Source: the human T2T-CHM13v2.0 reference genome, Homo sapiens. Taken from it: DNA of 64,000 bases. Below the pieces are notes generated by a model. It was given only the letters and a program-made list of their open reading frames with translations, was not told the DNA's origin and did not search any database. Every line of letters starts with the position of its first letter. The stretch's first letter is position 1. Both the position numbers and the translations under genes were made by a program. Below, piece after piece: positions 1 to 13,298 of this stretch. The stretch is taken from assembly GCF_009914755.1 (NCBI RefSeq), contig NC_060933.1. The stretch is one strand, 5' to 3'.

Positions 1-89
1 TACTTTAAATATCTGTCACCAAAAGATGATTTTCTAATAATCCTCTATGAAACAAAGGTTTATTCAGAGCAGGAATTGAAATTCCATGT

Positions 90-440
90 TGTTATGCATC
101 AATATAAAATTGATTTAGCATTTCTGGAAAGAAAATTAGCAAAATACATGGAGTTTTATAGCTGTGGTATTCTTTGAACCAGAAATTCCACTTTTAAGAA
201 TTAACCCTGAGAAAATAATCAGAAATGCTGACAAAAACCTTAAGACAAAGATGTTCATCAGAGTATCATTTATTATAGCCAAAAATGTTTTTTAAGTCAA
301 CCTATATTTCCAGTGGGAAAATGGTTAAATACATGTGATGAAATATTGCACAGACATTAAAATTCATGTTTAGAAGAATTTAATGATGTGAGAAAATGCT
401 TGCAATATACTACTAACTGAAAAAAGCATCTTTATATAAA
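90..440 (+). mobile_element. Old L1M(E) fragment
   Basis: ccagaaattccacttttaagaatt...aagatgttcatcagagtatcatttatt. Confidence 0.65.
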
Positions 441-1265
441 TGGTGTGGCATCGACTATGTAAAACTGCACACAGGATAAATGTAAGACCAGACAGTAAAT
501 CCCAGAAGGGAAAAAGGGTGTTGCCAGCCATGCACTGTGGCTGAGGTGGGGCAGGCCATTTCCAGGGACCTCAATGGGCCCCCCACTCCCCTCTCCTGGG
601 TGAGCAGCCTCCAGTGTGGCAGAGGAGTTCCTACTCTCACAGGAGTTAGTTAATTTTCAACCCTGAAGCTTGAAAGGAAAATATCCCTAAAAGTTCTCAA
701 AATCTTCAACCCTTTGCAATTCCCCCTGATTATATAATTCTGAGCAGAATCCCCAGGTTTAAAACAGACAGACTGACGCAAAGGTGGGGCCCAGGACTAG
801 TACCTACTACACCTCCCTCACTAGTCACCAACAATGGTTCTTGAAGAACTACTAAAAATCTTTAGGACACTGAAGAACAAATCTGAAAATCACTGTTCAC
901 AATAAATCACTACTTTGCAGTAACACACGATGAATTTCATAGATTAACCGGGGCTCATTTGCATGGCAGTAGGCCATGGCTCAATACTGAGGAAATCTCC
1001 CTTTGGCCTGTCTGAAGGGAATATAGATAAATCTTTATGTTTATCATCATGTTAAAACAACATATGACCTGACAGCTCACTTGAAACAAACAGACCTTCC
1101 AAAGACAAAAGAGAAAACAAGTAAAAAACCTGAAACAAAACTATCACCATATTTTATTTCTGTTTTTTTCTACCAGGATAGTTATTCTCCATAATTCTCA
1201 AGCTTAACATCTCACCATTGTTTCAAATGCCTCCTTCCTACCTTTCATTTTAAAAGTATTATTAT

Positions 1266-1527
<262 letters not shown>

Positions 1528-2269
1528 TTATTATTATTTTACTATAAACAAACAAACAAAAGTATTATTATTATTTTAACTATAGCCAGTCATAATATTT
1601 AGCATTTCACATGTTTTTCACTTTTTCCCCTCTTAAACCTGCTCTCACTCTTTACGCTACTTTTCAGAGATCGTAAGTAGATTCCTTTACTCTTGCTTTT
1701 TATGGATCTTCTCCTTTCATGGAGAAAGATAAGCTAGCAAGACAAGCATTCTATATTGCCTCAGCCATTTCTCTCTACCTTGTCTGACTCTGCCCACAGG
1801 GGTGTCTACCTTTCAAGAGGAACAAGAAAAGAGAGGTGGGAATATGGAACCAAGCCAAAGATTCTGCAGGATCCTGCACAGTGAGCATTGTTCTGGTTCA
1901 GGCCACTGTGCTCAACTGAACAGTATCAGTAGCACAACATTTGGATGCCCTTGAATACTGTTCCTGTTTCAATTCATTTGTTTGTCTGAGAATTGGGAAT
2001 GCATGTCTGGGCAGTGACAAGAGGCCAAAGAAAGCAGAAGATGTGTGAAGAGGAGAATCGATTTTCCATAATGAGATGTCAGAAACACTGCTTGCTAAGT
2101 CAGCCTGAAACCAAAGAAGAAGAATGGCATTCAGTGATAAGAACTGTTCATGAGCCTGAATTCCATGGCTGCTCCTGCACAAACCACCGGACACAGATCC
2201 GGGGAAAGGCAACAAAGTTGCCTCTACTTTGTGAGTGGCTAGAAGTTACTGGACATCTGGGAGCCCTGG

Positions 2270-2945
2270 TGCCTTGACTGTAAAATGGAGACAACAACTC
2301 CTCTCATGGTTGTTATGACAAGGAAATGAGAGATACATATCAAGTGCCTAACATAGAGCTGGCTCCTATGAACCAGAACTTATTAAGCAATTGTAGAAGG
2401 CAAGATTTAAAGCACAGACTTTGGAGCAGTCCTTGGGTTCCAATCCTGGCTGCATCGTTTATCATCTCTGAGCCTCAGTTTCCACATCTGTAACAAAAGC
2501 TTTCATTTTACAGATGTAAAAGCAGTGTGTACCTCCAAGGGGTGGTTGTGAGGATTAATCAAGTTAATACACATGGCATTCTCAGATCAGTGCCTTGCAC
2601 GGCAATTTACTCAATAAATGTTAGCGATTTTTTTTCAATACATGGTCATTTTTTTTTTTTTTTTGGTCTCTTTTTAACTGCTCAAGAGGAAGACTGTGAG
2701 GATTTTAAATAGCCTGGATTCTCTTCCTTCTGTCAACCATATGTCTTAACATACTATTACGAGTTACTCCTCCCCAGTAGTAGCAGTATTGCTGGTTGTG
2801 AGGAGTTAACCCGGCCATGCCTATTACCTTGGGAAACCTACAGAAGCCTGCTGAATGCAATTTTCTATCTGCAAAATGGTGAGGATACTGGGTGTTTACA
2901 TGACTGGGTTCCTGACATGGAATAGGCATTTAATAAATACTAACT
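2270..2945 (+). mobile_element. Cluster of three MIR fragments
   Basis: ctctgagcctcagtttcc.catctgtaa, ctgtaaaatgg and ctcaataaatgttagc core motifs. Confidence 0.75.
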
Positions 2946-3863
2946 ATAATTATATCATCATCAATATCATGCAATTTATCTACATTAGAAACCAACAGAC
3001 TTGACAAGTATAGTGGAGTCAGCCATTAGTTAAAATAGTTTGAGAGATTCACTGAAATTTTAGCTAACTGCTAGCTCCAAGTGGAAAGATAATAAATTAT
3101 TATTACATTCATTAAATGTTCTTTGTAATCAGGTTAGACATTAAGTATCCATTAAAAAGAGTCCTTGGGACTAACATATACTTCAGAGGAGTTTTTAAAG
3201 ATTGTATTAATAAAACATATAAACAATAATTTTAATAATATATTTATGATAGGAGGGGTATATTCTTGGGTATACAGTAAAAAGAAAGGGAAGCTGTTCC
3301 CAACATCACTGAGAGACTGAGAGAAAGGACCATATGGCCAGGTAATCAACCATTTGTATAACTTAATTTCCTTGTTTGGAAAGTGAGACAACAGTATCTG
3401 TTCTATCCAATTCAAAGAAATGGTCATGAGTGTCAAATTATGATAACTTACATGAACAAAACCCTGGAAATGCATAAGATGCTTTGGCATATTAGACACT
3501 GTTCCTCTTATGATTTCCCATATCAGACTGAATGTTTCCTGCCTGTAAGCTGAGATAACTGCTCTCTGGGGCCCAGCATCACCTTGTAGAGTCTGGGGAA
3601 AGGTCAATAAAAATCCTCTGGAGAATACAGTTGCAGACAAAGTATAGTTCAAGCAGCACAGCTGGGCATTCTTCAACACCACTGTTCTCAGTAGCTCTAA
3701 GACCTCCTTATCATGACTTACTTCCTTGTATTTTCCTGACTCTCCAACTTATTTATAAACGGAAAAGAGCACATCATTCAAAGCAGTCGGTTAACTTAGG
3801 TAAGGAAAGCCAACAAGCATGATTGTGACTCAAGATAGTTGCTCTTGTTAAGTCACTGCTCCT

Positions 3864-5417
3864 GCTCTCCCTCTCCCTCCCCCTCCCCCTCTCCCTCCAT
3901 CTCTGTCTCCCTCTCTCTCCTCTGTCTCCCTCTCTCTCCACGGTCTCCCTCTGATGCCTAGCTGAAGCTGGACTGTACTGCCGCCATCTTGGCTCACTGC
4001 AACCTCCCTGCCTGATTCTCCTGCCTCAGCCTGCCCAGTGCCTGGGATTGCAGGCGGGCGCCGCCACGCCTGACTGGTTTTCGTTTTTTTTTTTGGTGGA
4101 GACGGGGTTTCGCTGTGTTGGCCGGGCTGGTCTCCAGCTCCTAACCCCAAGTGATCTGCCAGCCTTGGCCTCCCGAGGTGCCGGGATTGCAGACGGAGTC
4201 TCGTTCACTCAGTGCTCAATGTTGCCCAGGCTGGAGTGCAGTGGCGTGATCTCGGCTCGCTACAACCTGCACCTCCCAGCCGCCTGCCTTGGCCTCCCAA
4301 AGTGCCGAGATTGCAGCTTCTGCCCGGCCGCCACCCCCTCTGGGAAGTGAGGAGCATCTCTGCCTGGCCGCCCATCGTCTGGGATGTCAGGAGCCCCTCT
4401 GCCCGGCCGCCCAGTCTGGGAAGTGAGGAGCGCCTCTGCCCGGCTGCCCAGTCTGGGAAGTGAGGAGCGCCTCTTCCTGGCCGCCATCCCGTCTAGGAAG
4501 TGAGGAGCGTCTCTGCCCGGCCGCCCATCATCTGAGATGTGGGGAGTGCCTCTGCCCCGCCGCCCCGTCTGGGATGTGAGGAGCGCCTCTGCCCGGCCAC
4601 GACCCCATCTGGGAGGTGAGGAGCGTCTCTGCCCGGCCACCCTGTCTGAGAAGTGAGGAGCCCCTCCGCCCGGCAGCCGCCCCGTCTGAGAAGTGAGGAG
4701 CCCCTCTGCCCGGCAGCCGCCCCGTCTGGGAAGTGAGGAGCCCCTCTGCCCGGCAGCCGCCCCGTCTGGGAAGTGAGGAGCATCTCCGCCCGGCAGCCGC
4801 CCCGTCCGGGAGGGAGGTGGGGGGCAGCCCCCACCCGGCCAGCTGCCCCGTCCAGGAGGTGGGGGGGGCACCTCTGCCCAGCCACCCCTTCTGGGAAGTG
4901 AGGAGCCCCTCTGCCCGGCCGCCACCCCATCTGGGAGGTGTACCCAACAGCTCATTGAGAACAGGCCATGATGACGATGGTGGTTTTGTCGAATAGAAAA
5001 GGGGGAAATGTGGGGAAAAGATAGAGAAATCAGATTGTTGCTGTGTCTGTGTAGAAAGAAGTAGACATGGGAGACTCCATTTTGTTCTGTACTAAGAAAA
5101 ATTCTTCTGCCTTGGGATGTGTTAATCTATAACCTTACCCCCAACCCTGTGCTCTCTGAAACATGTGCTGTGTCCACTCAGGGTTAAATGGATTAAGGGT
5201 GGTGCAAGATGTGCTTTGTTAAACAGATGCTTGAAGGCAGCATACTCGTTAAGAGTCATCAGCACTCCCTAATCTCAAGTACCCAGGGACACAAACACTG
5301 CGGAAGGCCGCAGGGTCCTCTGCCTAGGAAAACCAGAGACCCTTGTTCACTTGTTTATCTGCTGACCTTCCCTCCACTATTGTCCTATGACCCTGCCAAA
5401 TCCGATCAATAAATACT

Positions 5418-5448
<31 letters not shown>

Positions 5449-5461
5449 GGGAAAAAAAAAA
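3864..5461 (+). mobile_element. Full-length SVA retrotransposon (older, SVA_B/C-like), antisense to FRMD3
   Basis: CCCTCT hexamer head 3865-3940, Alu-like region to about 4320, GC-rich VNTR about 4320-4940, SINE-R, AATAAA 5408-5413, poly(A); 14 bp TSD aagtcactgctcct 3850-3863 / aagttactgctcct 5462-5475. Confidence 0.97.
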
Positions 5462-5634
5462 AAGTTACTGCTCCTATGTTACAAATAATGCATACAGTTC
5501 CTCACCCCCTCCAAGAAATTGACTAAGATTTATGCACAAAGTGTCTAAAATTATCATATTCTGCTCCAATAGGATAACATTTAAATGCACTTTAAAATAA
5601 AATTAGAACAAAAATACAAAAAAGTCACTTGGTG

Positions 5635-5939
5635 TTTTCTTTTCTTTTTTTTGAGACAGGGTCTTGCTCTGTCACCCAGGCTGGAGTTCAGTGGCCCATC
5701 CATAGCTCACTGCAGCCTCGACCTCCTGGGCTTCAAAGTGATCCTCCTGCCTCAGCCTGCCAAGCAGCTAGGACTGTAAGTACACGCCATCAAATTTGGA
5801 TAATTTTTTTACATTTTTTTATAGAGACGGCATCTCACTAGGTTTCTCAGGCTGGTCTTGAACTCCTAGCCTCAGGGATCTTCCTACCTCAGCCTCCAAA
5901 AGCACTAAGGATTACAGGCATGAGCCATCATGCCTGGCC
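5635..5939 (-). mobile_element. AluJ
   Basis: Diverged dimeric Alu with J-type gagacagggtcttgct / cactgcagcctcgacctcctggg. Confidence 0.9.
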
Positions 5940-6139
5940 CATTTGTTCTTTTTAAATGATATAAAAAGCCTGATGCATTATAAATATGCACAGCACTTAT
6001 TATGAGTTCTCAGTGGAAGCAAATTAGAACTCTGGATTTTGTGTTTTACTCTACAACACAGGACTTATATTTAATCTTAGGGCTTCAGGTCAGGACCAGA
6101 AGAGTCAGCTAGATTGAGTCCTCTCCCTTCAGTCATCTA

Positions 6140-6990
6140 TCCCTTATTGAGCAGTCCCCAAGGGCAGGGCACCACTTAGGCCAGACATTTAAACTGACAG
6201 TTAGAAAGAGGTGTTTTAAGTACCCTGAGGAAGAAATAAACAGAGGAGAAAACTATTAATGCCATGTCATGTCAAGAGCCAAGAAATATGTCATAGAGGA
6301 GGAGCCACTTGAGAAATCAGTATCAATTTACCCGGTGCAGCAAGGAAAAGAAAAAAGAACAGCCAGAGCAAGGGACCCAGCACGAGAAGGAAGGAATTGG
6401 CACAGACAGGTGGTGCTGGAAGGAGAAGCTTTGTCTGAGAGAGAAGGATAAGAGGGTCCAGGTGGGACAAAAGGCCTTGCAGGGAACTAAGGCTGGAGAG
6501 GAGGGTGGAGGCCAGTGTGTGAGGAACCATTGGCCCCACTGTATGGGACTGGACTCTCCATGCAGTCAATGGCCAGGTTCTAGAAACTACTTCCAGCAAA
6601 GACTGTAGCAGGAGTTCAGGGGATGGGCTACAGGGAGATCAATAAGAAAGATGTTGCAATGTTCCAAGAAAGAGAAGAAGAGATAGCAGGGAACAGGTGG
6701 TTAGGACTTCTTCTGAGATAGAATTCATAGGACTCTGGTGTCTCAGTAGACGTGGAGTGTGGGGAAGGGTAACAAGGCAAGGGTGGCTTCCAGGCCTCTT
6801 GCTGGGACAGCTGTGTACATAGTGATGTCATCAACCAAGTCAGCAGGAGCAGGTTTGAGACTGGGTTTTGGAGAAAAAAGAAGTCATGAGTGGAGTTGTA
6901 AACATATTAAGCTTGATGCGTTAAATGTGAGCTGTTATGTGCCCTCCAGGTGGAGGTGTCCAATAAGCAGCTGAAAGCACAGAGCAGTAG
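6140..6990 (-). mobile_element. L2 fragment
   Basis: Purine-rich L2 antisense motifs ending ccaggtggaggtgtccaataagcagctg. Confidence 0.6.
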
Positions 6991-7763
6991 CATGGGACCG
7001 AGCCGTCGGCATGGAGGTCAGGATCACGGAGAGGAGGTCAGGATCACTTTACTCTGTGAAAACACTATGCCTGGGATTCCGACTTCCTTCTCTCCACTTC
7101 TCTGCCTTGTCTCTCTCCAAATACCAATGAAGAACAAAAACAGTATTTTGAAATACTGATCAATGAGCTTCTCCTTCCACCTGTGCTTACAAAATTCCTG
7201 AAGGCCTTCTAATGATCCCCAGCCTAGGCAGCAAAACTAGCCCACCCAAAAATAAAACAATGACCATGAATAGCTGATCACTAATTTCACAAGTCATTGC
7301 TCCAAGGCAGAAAGACCTCCTCCCCGACCTGCAGATGGGACAAAATAATCTGAAGGGAAAAGTGAAGAAGCCACAAGTAGAGGAGATGGTGAGGTAAGGG
7401 ACCCCCAACCTCTAAGGATCAAGCACCATATACTGTGAACATCATTATGCAACAAGCCACCCATAGATTGTGCAGTAAGATAATTGTCCATCTCCTCTCT
7501 GATTTACCTACTATAAGAAACACCCTTACACTCAACAGCCCATGGTACGCTAAACCCTCATGAATAAAACTAGGGCCTGAATACCTATGGTTTACTCCAA
7601 CTATAGGGGTGGGAGTAACATGAAGGGAAACCTTCCATAGCTGTCCATGGATGAAACCAGCTGAAAAGCTCCCATAGAGGCCAGACAGGGAATTTCACAA
7701 CTATAATGTGTTCTTCAGAAACATGCATGAGGAATTCTCTTGTAGTATAATTTAAATTATCTC

Positions 7764-7827
7764 AGCTTTGCACAGTGGCAGTATTGTAGCCAGTGAGGTT
7801 CATCCGAGGCACAATTATTGGCTAATT
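7764..7827 (+). pseudogene. 3'-truncated U4 snRNA retro-pseudogene (about the first 64 nt)
   Basis: agctttgcacagtggcagtattgtagccagtgaggttcatccgaggcacaattattggctaatt matches the U4 5' end AGCTTTGCGCAGTGGCAGTATCGTAGCCAATGAGG..., largely by CpG decay; TSD aaattatctc 7754-7763 / aaactatctc 7828-7837. Confidence 0.93.
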
Positions 7828-8229
7828 AAACTATCTCACTGACCAAGGCTACCTATAACTCATATAAACAAAGTGTTTTTCCTTTATCTTGGTTGAACCT
7901 AGGGCTTAAGAATTCCTTGATGTTCCATGACTTGGATACATTAAGGCAATCTATTGATGGTAAACTTTTATCAGATGCCAATGTAGTCTCCCAAGATTTC
8001 CTGGAGGGGAAATGGATAACAACACTGAACTTACTGACTCCAATTAGAACAGCCTATTTTGGTTCCTGTGTAATACTCTCAAGAAAGAGTCTACTTCCTT
8101 TGTCCCCATACAGGATGAATTTGTTTCTCCATCACTTCTGCTTTATTATTTCACTCCCTCCAGACATAAGTCACAATTAAAGATAATGCATTTTTCTCTG
8201 AGTAAAGGAAATTACATTATATTACATAA

Positions 8230-8923
<694 letters not shown>

Positions 8924-9195
8924 TAAGAAATATTTTTGCATATTTATGTGGTAGAATATTGTATGTCCATTGAATATAAAATTATAGAAGAATATTTAAT
9001 GTAATGGGAAATATTCATGTGAAATGAAAAAGCAGATTATAAAATAGCATCTCTAGTATATTTTTGTTAAAATTATAAAAATTGTCAGTAATATATAGAT
9101 GGATTCTACACATTTATAACAGTTTTAGTATCAGGTGGTTTTTAAATTTTATTTGTGTTTTTGTATTTTCCAAATTTTCTACAATGACTATGGTA

Positions 9196-9483
9196 TTTTT
9201 TTTAAGAGATGGAGTCTCACTCTGATGCCCAGGCTGAAGTGTAATGGTATGATCATGGCTTACTGTCGCCTCAAATTCCCAGGCTCAAGTGATCCTTCCA
9301 CCTCAGCCTCTTGAGTAGCTGGGCCTACAGGCACATGCCATTACCCTTGGCAATTTTATTTTTGGTAGAGACAGAGTTTTGCCGTGTTGCCCAGGCTGGT
9401 CTCAAACTCCTGAGCTCAAGTGATACTCCTGCCTTGGCCTCCCAAAGTGCTAGGAGTATAGGCATGAGCCACCACACTTGGTC
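9196..9483 (-). mobile_element. AluJ
   Basis: Diverged Alu dimer. Confidence 0.88.
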
Positions 9484-9624
9484 TAGTATTGCTTTTGATT
9501 TCACACTAAAAAACATAACAAGAGAGCATGCTTGACTTCTGGCAAACCCTAATCCCAGGAGAATATTCTACTTGTATGCTTTCTTTTATATAAATAAATG
9601 CTGTCCTGGTTGCATTTAGAATCC

Positions 9625-10340
9625 ATACATTCATTCATTCATTTGTTCATTAATTCAGCAAATATTAGTTTAGCTCTTACTTTGTACCGGAACATCCCTA
9701 AATGCTGGGAATAGTGAGGGAAACAAGGTAAAGTCCTTGCTCTTTTGGAGCTGGTGTTTTAGTTAGGGAAGGCAGTCAACAAACAGGAAGACAAACAAGT
9801 GAGACAGTGTTTGATAGTGTCAGGTGCTCTGAAGAAAATAAAACAGGGTGATAGCATGAGAGGGAGCAAACAGGTAGATTGGAGGAATTACTCAGAATTA
9901 GGCACTGAGGGAAGACCTTCCAAGGAGCTGAAATTTGAGCTAAAACTTAAAGAAAAGAAACAGCCATACAAAGACCAGAGAGAAGACCCTCCTGGGTGGG
10001 GGAAACAGCTCTTGCAAAGGTCCTTGAGATTGCCATGAGCTCAGCCTATTCAAGGGAGAACGGGAAACAGTCTGAGGGGTGGGCAGGAGGCAAAGCAAGA
10101 AGGGCTTCATAGGCCAGAGGAAGGAGCTGAGATTTTAACATAAGTAGATCTGAGCTCCACTTACCAAAATAATCCCCTGGCTACTGTATGGAAAATATGG
10201 ATGAGAGGATGGGGATAGGAGTGGAAGCAGAGAACCCCTCAGGCGATAACTGCACATCCAGTAGACAGAGATGAGGGGCTGCACATGGCTTGGGTGGCCA
10301 TGGAAATACATTTGGGTTATACTGAAAAGGTTAGGATTTT
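9625..10340 (-). mobile_element. L2 3' end
   Basis: (CATT)n terminus cattcattcattcatttgttcattaattcagcaaatatt followed by L2 body. Confidence 0.72.
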
Positions 10341-11248
10341 ACAGATGAATTTGACAATTCAATATCTTATGACCACTGGGCAATGGGAGAAGTTTGACGG
10401 GAAAGGCAAGCATTTACAAGTCTGACTCTACTAAGAGCCTGTTCTGGAAAGAGAACATGGCCCCAGGGGACATAAGACATGAAGGATGACCCACGTGGAC
10501 TGTCAATCAGCAAGCAGGGGCACGTCCCCAGCCACAGGGTCAGAGTCAGAAGCCCGGTCTAGCCCCAGAGACAAGGGCTGTCAAGGTCCTGAGGGAGCAG
10601 AGTGCTGGGGGTCAGGGCGGGGACCAGGGCAGGGACTCAGGAAAGGGAAGGTGGGCATGAGAGCCAGAGAGCAGGACAGAGCAACAGAGAGAGCAAACTA
10701 AGGGCCCATCCAAAGGGCTGGGCTTGGGCTTCTCAGTTCCCTCCCCAGTAAGGGTACAATTGGTCCTAGAGCTGGGGTGGGGCCAAGCCTGTATTTAGGG
10801 GCCAATTTGTTCAGCTAGGCCAAGGTGCTAGGCAGGTACTGAGAAGACCACAGATCACAAGGGATGCTCTATTTTTTAAATATGGATAACCCTTTCCTTA
10901 ATAACAAAATTTCCAGCCTATGTTCCGATTATCAAGTGAGTCATTCTGAAAACCCTGTTTATTTCTCTTTCACCCAAAGCATCTGCCCATTATCACATTT
11001 CTAATGTTGAAGTGGAGATATGAGGATTTTGAAAGTTCCCAATTGGATGCCTCTAAAGGAAGTGAGGGCTCTTTCAAGTAAGAAAAACTCATTTTATATT
11101 ACCTTTTAAGCTAGCTGTTATTAATTTTCAATTTTATGCTAGAAATTTGCAACTCACAAAAAGAAAGGAAAAAAGTTAAACCCTGATTTTAAATATCATT
11201 GTTCCCCATTTTTCATGTCTCAGTTACCACATTTAAAAAGAAGATGGC

Positions 11249-11832
11249 ACCATTTGTCCAAGGAATCTCATTACTGGGTATATGCCCAAAGGAATATAAA
11301 TCATTCTATTATAAAGATACAAGCAAGTGTGTGTTCATTGCGGCACTATTCACAATAGCAAAAAATCAACCCAAATCCCCATCAATGAGAGACTGGATTA
11401 AAAAAAGTGGTACATATATACCATGGAATACTATGCAGCCATAAAAAAGAACAAGATCATGTCCTTTGGAGGGACATGGAGGGAGCTGGAAGCCATTAGC
11501 TTCAGAAAACTAACACGGGAACAGAAAACCACACACCAAATGTTCTCACTTGTAAGTGGGAGTTGAACAATGAGAACACATGGACACAGAGAGGGGAACA
11601 ACACACACTGGGGCCTGTCAGCAGGGGGTCGGGGGAGGGAGAGCGTCAGGATAAATAGCTAATGTATGTAGGGCTTAATACCTAGGTGAGGTAATAAGAT
11701 GATAGGTGCAGCAAACCACCATGGCACACGTCTACCTATGTAACAAACATGCACGTTCTGTACATGTATCCTGGAACTTAAAATTTTCTAAAAAAGTAAA
11801 ATAAAACTGTCTTTCATAGAATAAAAAGCAAG
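11249..11832 (+). mobile_element. 5'-truncated L1PA (older primate L1) 3' end
   Basis: ORF2 tail and 3' UTR (aagtgggagttgaacaatgagaacacatggacac...); 12 bp TSD aaagaagatggc 11237-11248 / 11833-11844. Confidence 0.92.
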
Positions 11833-13298
11833 AAAGAAGATGGCTATACCTTTTGCTTTCAAAAGCAATGACCAATGATCTAAAACCATGTAAATAAGAG
11901 CAGTAGCAATCTGGAGAAAGAATTATTAAAGAACAATCAGAGTGGAGAAGAAACTCAGAAATAATCTCATCATGTGTTACAGAAGAGAAAATAAGATCTA
12001 GGTCATATCAATGTCCAGCACGTGCCAGATAAGAAGTAAATGTTAATCAAGTGAACAAATGAATGAACAAAGCTTGGCCCTCTCATTCTCTGTCCAATGC
12101 TCTTCCCGCCACCAGAGAATCCCCACTAATATTGTATTCGGTGTCCACTCAAGTGCAGTCCAGCACCTGTGTATATTGGAGACTTAGGGGTCACCATACG
12201 ATGCTTAAATGAGAGTGACACAGCACCTACCCAATAGCTTGGCAAAAGCCCTGACTGTGTTTGGGTGACTCACCCTGGTTTACCAGAGTGATAGACCAAA
12301 AGCATGTAAAATGGCATGTCACCACCATAACTAGAGCAGACAGTTCTCACATCTATTTTGGAATCTAGGGCTTTGGCATGAACAGAGATTTCAGAGTTTC
12401 AAAAACATATCACCCCCGCCCCTTTTCGTTTTGGTAGACTCATCTTCAAGATCTAGAGCAGCTGTTTCCAAATCTTCTTTTGGGGAAAAAATATTTGTGC
12501 ATACAAATAATTGCATATTTATTTATAAATTAGATACATGTATATCTGTCATTGTATATATGCACATTATAAAACCTATACAACAGAAATTTTATGAAGA
12601 GGTGATAAAAATAAAATATCAGTAGAAGTCTGAATAATTTCTTCCTCCACCCCAGTGGATCATTGTATGTACCCTGCTCTGGAAGCCACAGCTCTAGGAC
12701 CTCCAATTCACCATCTGCCAAACCAGGAAGGAGACTGCACTCCTCTGTTTACAGCATTGAGCGTACACTCCCAAGACTCAGCCTTGAGCCAGCTGACCAG
12801 AGCCTCTTCTCTGAACCTTGCCTGTATTGCCTCAGATCTATTATAAAGAGCCCACCTAAAAGAATGGTAACCAGCACACACTGCCCAACACTTTCTCTTA
12901 TTTAAGTGGCACTGGATCTTAAGAGAAGGGAGGAGACGGAGGGAGAGGCTCTGAGATCCTGTCTCAATTTAAGCTTGGGGATTGCAAAGAACATCTACTT
13001 AACACTCACTACCAACCCACTGACAAAAATGCAAGAAAATAGAACCCCATGCATCTAAAACTCAGAAAATTCTAGCTTCTGCTTTCTAGCAACAATAGGT
13101 TTAGTAATATTTTCACCTTTCCTCTCCTGTGGTTTCTTAGGGAAGTAGTGAGAGTGTCTATTTATCTAAGTGCCAAGCAAAATGTCTTCCCCTCCGCAGA
13201 CCACACTCTGGCTGTCACAGCTGGTCACACAACACTCTCCTCTGGCTCAAATCCCAGCCCTCAAGGACATGACTAGACTACTTCCTAGGACACTTGAC

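Noticed and set aside
3152-3682. 176 aa minus-strand ORF in AT-rich DNA
   Set aside because: No recognisable domain, no convincing splice context and a non-ATG start; consistent with chance.
4320-4940. Array of about 40 bp repeats resembling a CRISPR or novel repeat system
   Set aside because: No unique spacers; it is the standard SVA VNTR in a eukaryotic intron.
3848-4996. Long overlapping ORFs (up to 231 aa) with repeated motifs such as GAPHFPDG and LLTSQTG
   Set aside because: Translations of the GC-rich SVA VNTR and Alu-like region; stop-poor by composition and not genes.
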